DNA of 64,000 bases from Mobula birostris. Taxonomy: Eukaryota. The notes beneath the pieces are model-generated. The model did not search any database. It worked only from the letters and a program-made list of their open reading frames with translations, and had not been told where the DNA came from. The position numbers and the translations under genes were made by a program. Location of the stretch: positions 37,705,016 through 37,769,015 of the forward strand of contig NC_092374.1 in assembly GCF_030028105.1 (NCBI RefSeq), read 5' to 3'. Of the stretch, positions 62,804 through 64,000 are shown one piece after another. Each line of letters opens with the position of its first letter. Position 1 is the first letter of the stretch.

Positions 62804-63926
62804 TATGTATATGTATTTGTATACATGTTGAATTTTAAAAGGATCATGCACTACCTGATCCTCAAATGATCATCAACAATGTGCTTTCAAAACAGTTGAA
62901 ATCAAGTTCTAATTTAACTGTTTAAGTGAAGCAAGCCCAAGAATTTAACAATCGCATATTTGCTTGTAAAAATGACAAACTTATTGACTGATTTTTGAAT
63001 GCAAAATCTGTTAGTTTGTTCTGTAGTTGCAATCCCACAATAAAGCTCAATCTTGCAGAGGTTCACTGGTATTTACCAATCTAGGATCCTGTACTTCCTG
63101 TGTTAAACTGTGAGCCATTGATTTTGCATGCTTACAGATGTGCAGGCAGAAAGGTACATTTCATATGTTTGTTTTGATCTTTTAAATTTATTTTAAAAAC
63201 CTAAAAGGTGCATTTAGCAGATTGCATTCATTTTTAAGTTTAAATGCAACTGGACGTTAGAAAACCACATTGCTTTTACAGCTCGGTGTGGTGTTTTGCC
63301 AGCTGCTGCAGCTTTCTGGTGCACCAGTGGTGGGGGGAGGGTGGTGTTTCCATTGTCCTCAGGCCAAGTATCTAAAGACTTAAGCAAGGAAAGCTTGAAA
63401 ATGGATAACTGCAGCTGACTACAGTATGTCTGGGCCAGCAAGATCTTGCCCGTGGGTAACAAGTAGCTTTCGGTGTCTCTCTCACCCCTCTCAAAATGTT
63501 TAGTGTGTACTTTTTCTTTTGGCCTCTGTTTCAAGAATAAAATAATTTTTCAGGTGGGAAACGCAGATAGCAAATCAAATAACATTGGATAACTAGATGA
63601 AATGAAACTGAGCATGATATAAAATTAAACATACATATTTCAATATAAAACATTATCAGCCATGATAAGGGCAAAATATTACATTGAATGCAGTATTCTC
63701 AATATTTTCCTTTGCTCACAGGTGTGTTCACCAGTCCTTAACATTTTGCTTTCCATCTAAGTAAGAAAACCCTTTTTATTAAATTGTGCACCTTTATCTA
63801 ACTTCAGAAGCAGATATTGAACTCTTGTTAAAACCTGTACAATCTAATCATATCTTGTACTTCATGTAATATGTATACCTTCATTTGTGTGAAGTGGTTG
63901 GATGATTTGTTAATTTCTACCCACAG

Positions 63927-63997
63927 CAACAATTGAAAACTTCCATGTGGTAGAAGTTCTATCAGATAATGCAATCATTATCTACCAGACTCACAAG
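63927..63997 (+). CDS. CERT1: CERT1 coding exon (exon 14 equivalent), START domain
   Basis: ccacag|CAACAA...CACAAG|gta (window end); 71 nt, phase 1-0; TTIENFHVVEVLSDNAIIIYQTHK. Confidence 0.95.
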
Positions 63998-64000
63998 GTA

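Overview
Eukaryotic (vertebrate) genomic DNA. The whole window lies inside one plus-strand, intron-rich gene, CERT1/COL4A3BP (ceramide transfer protein). Eleven coding exons, equivalent to human exons 4-14, can be read with GT-AG boundaries and consistent phases. They encode the serine-repeat motif, coiled-coil/SHCIE region, FFAT motif, the alternatively spliced CERT_L/GPBP exon (25 aa here) and the first part of the START domain. The PH-domain exons were not found and presumably lie upstream; the last START exons lie downstream. The introns are dense with transposons: CR1 and Rex1/Babar LINEs, V-SINE/HE1-like SINEs, Penelope-like termini with hammerhead remnants, a near-complete Tigger/pogo element, Tc1 derivatives, a hAT MITE, a solo LTR, a Tx1-like 3' end and an R4/Rex6-like fragment. 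This repeat mix suggests a cartilaginous fish, probably a ray (inference). I see no clear evidence of a wholly new biological system. The best leads are a candidate unannotated in-frame 36-nt CERT1 exon, RBFOX/QKI motifs around the CERT_L exon, a Tigger 3' region built from tandem mosaics of its own transposase CDS, a composite Tc1-type element carrying a captured LINE tail, and Penelope-derived hammerhead/hairpin structures. Human comparisons are from memory, not alignment; repeat boundaries without TSD/TIR are approximate.
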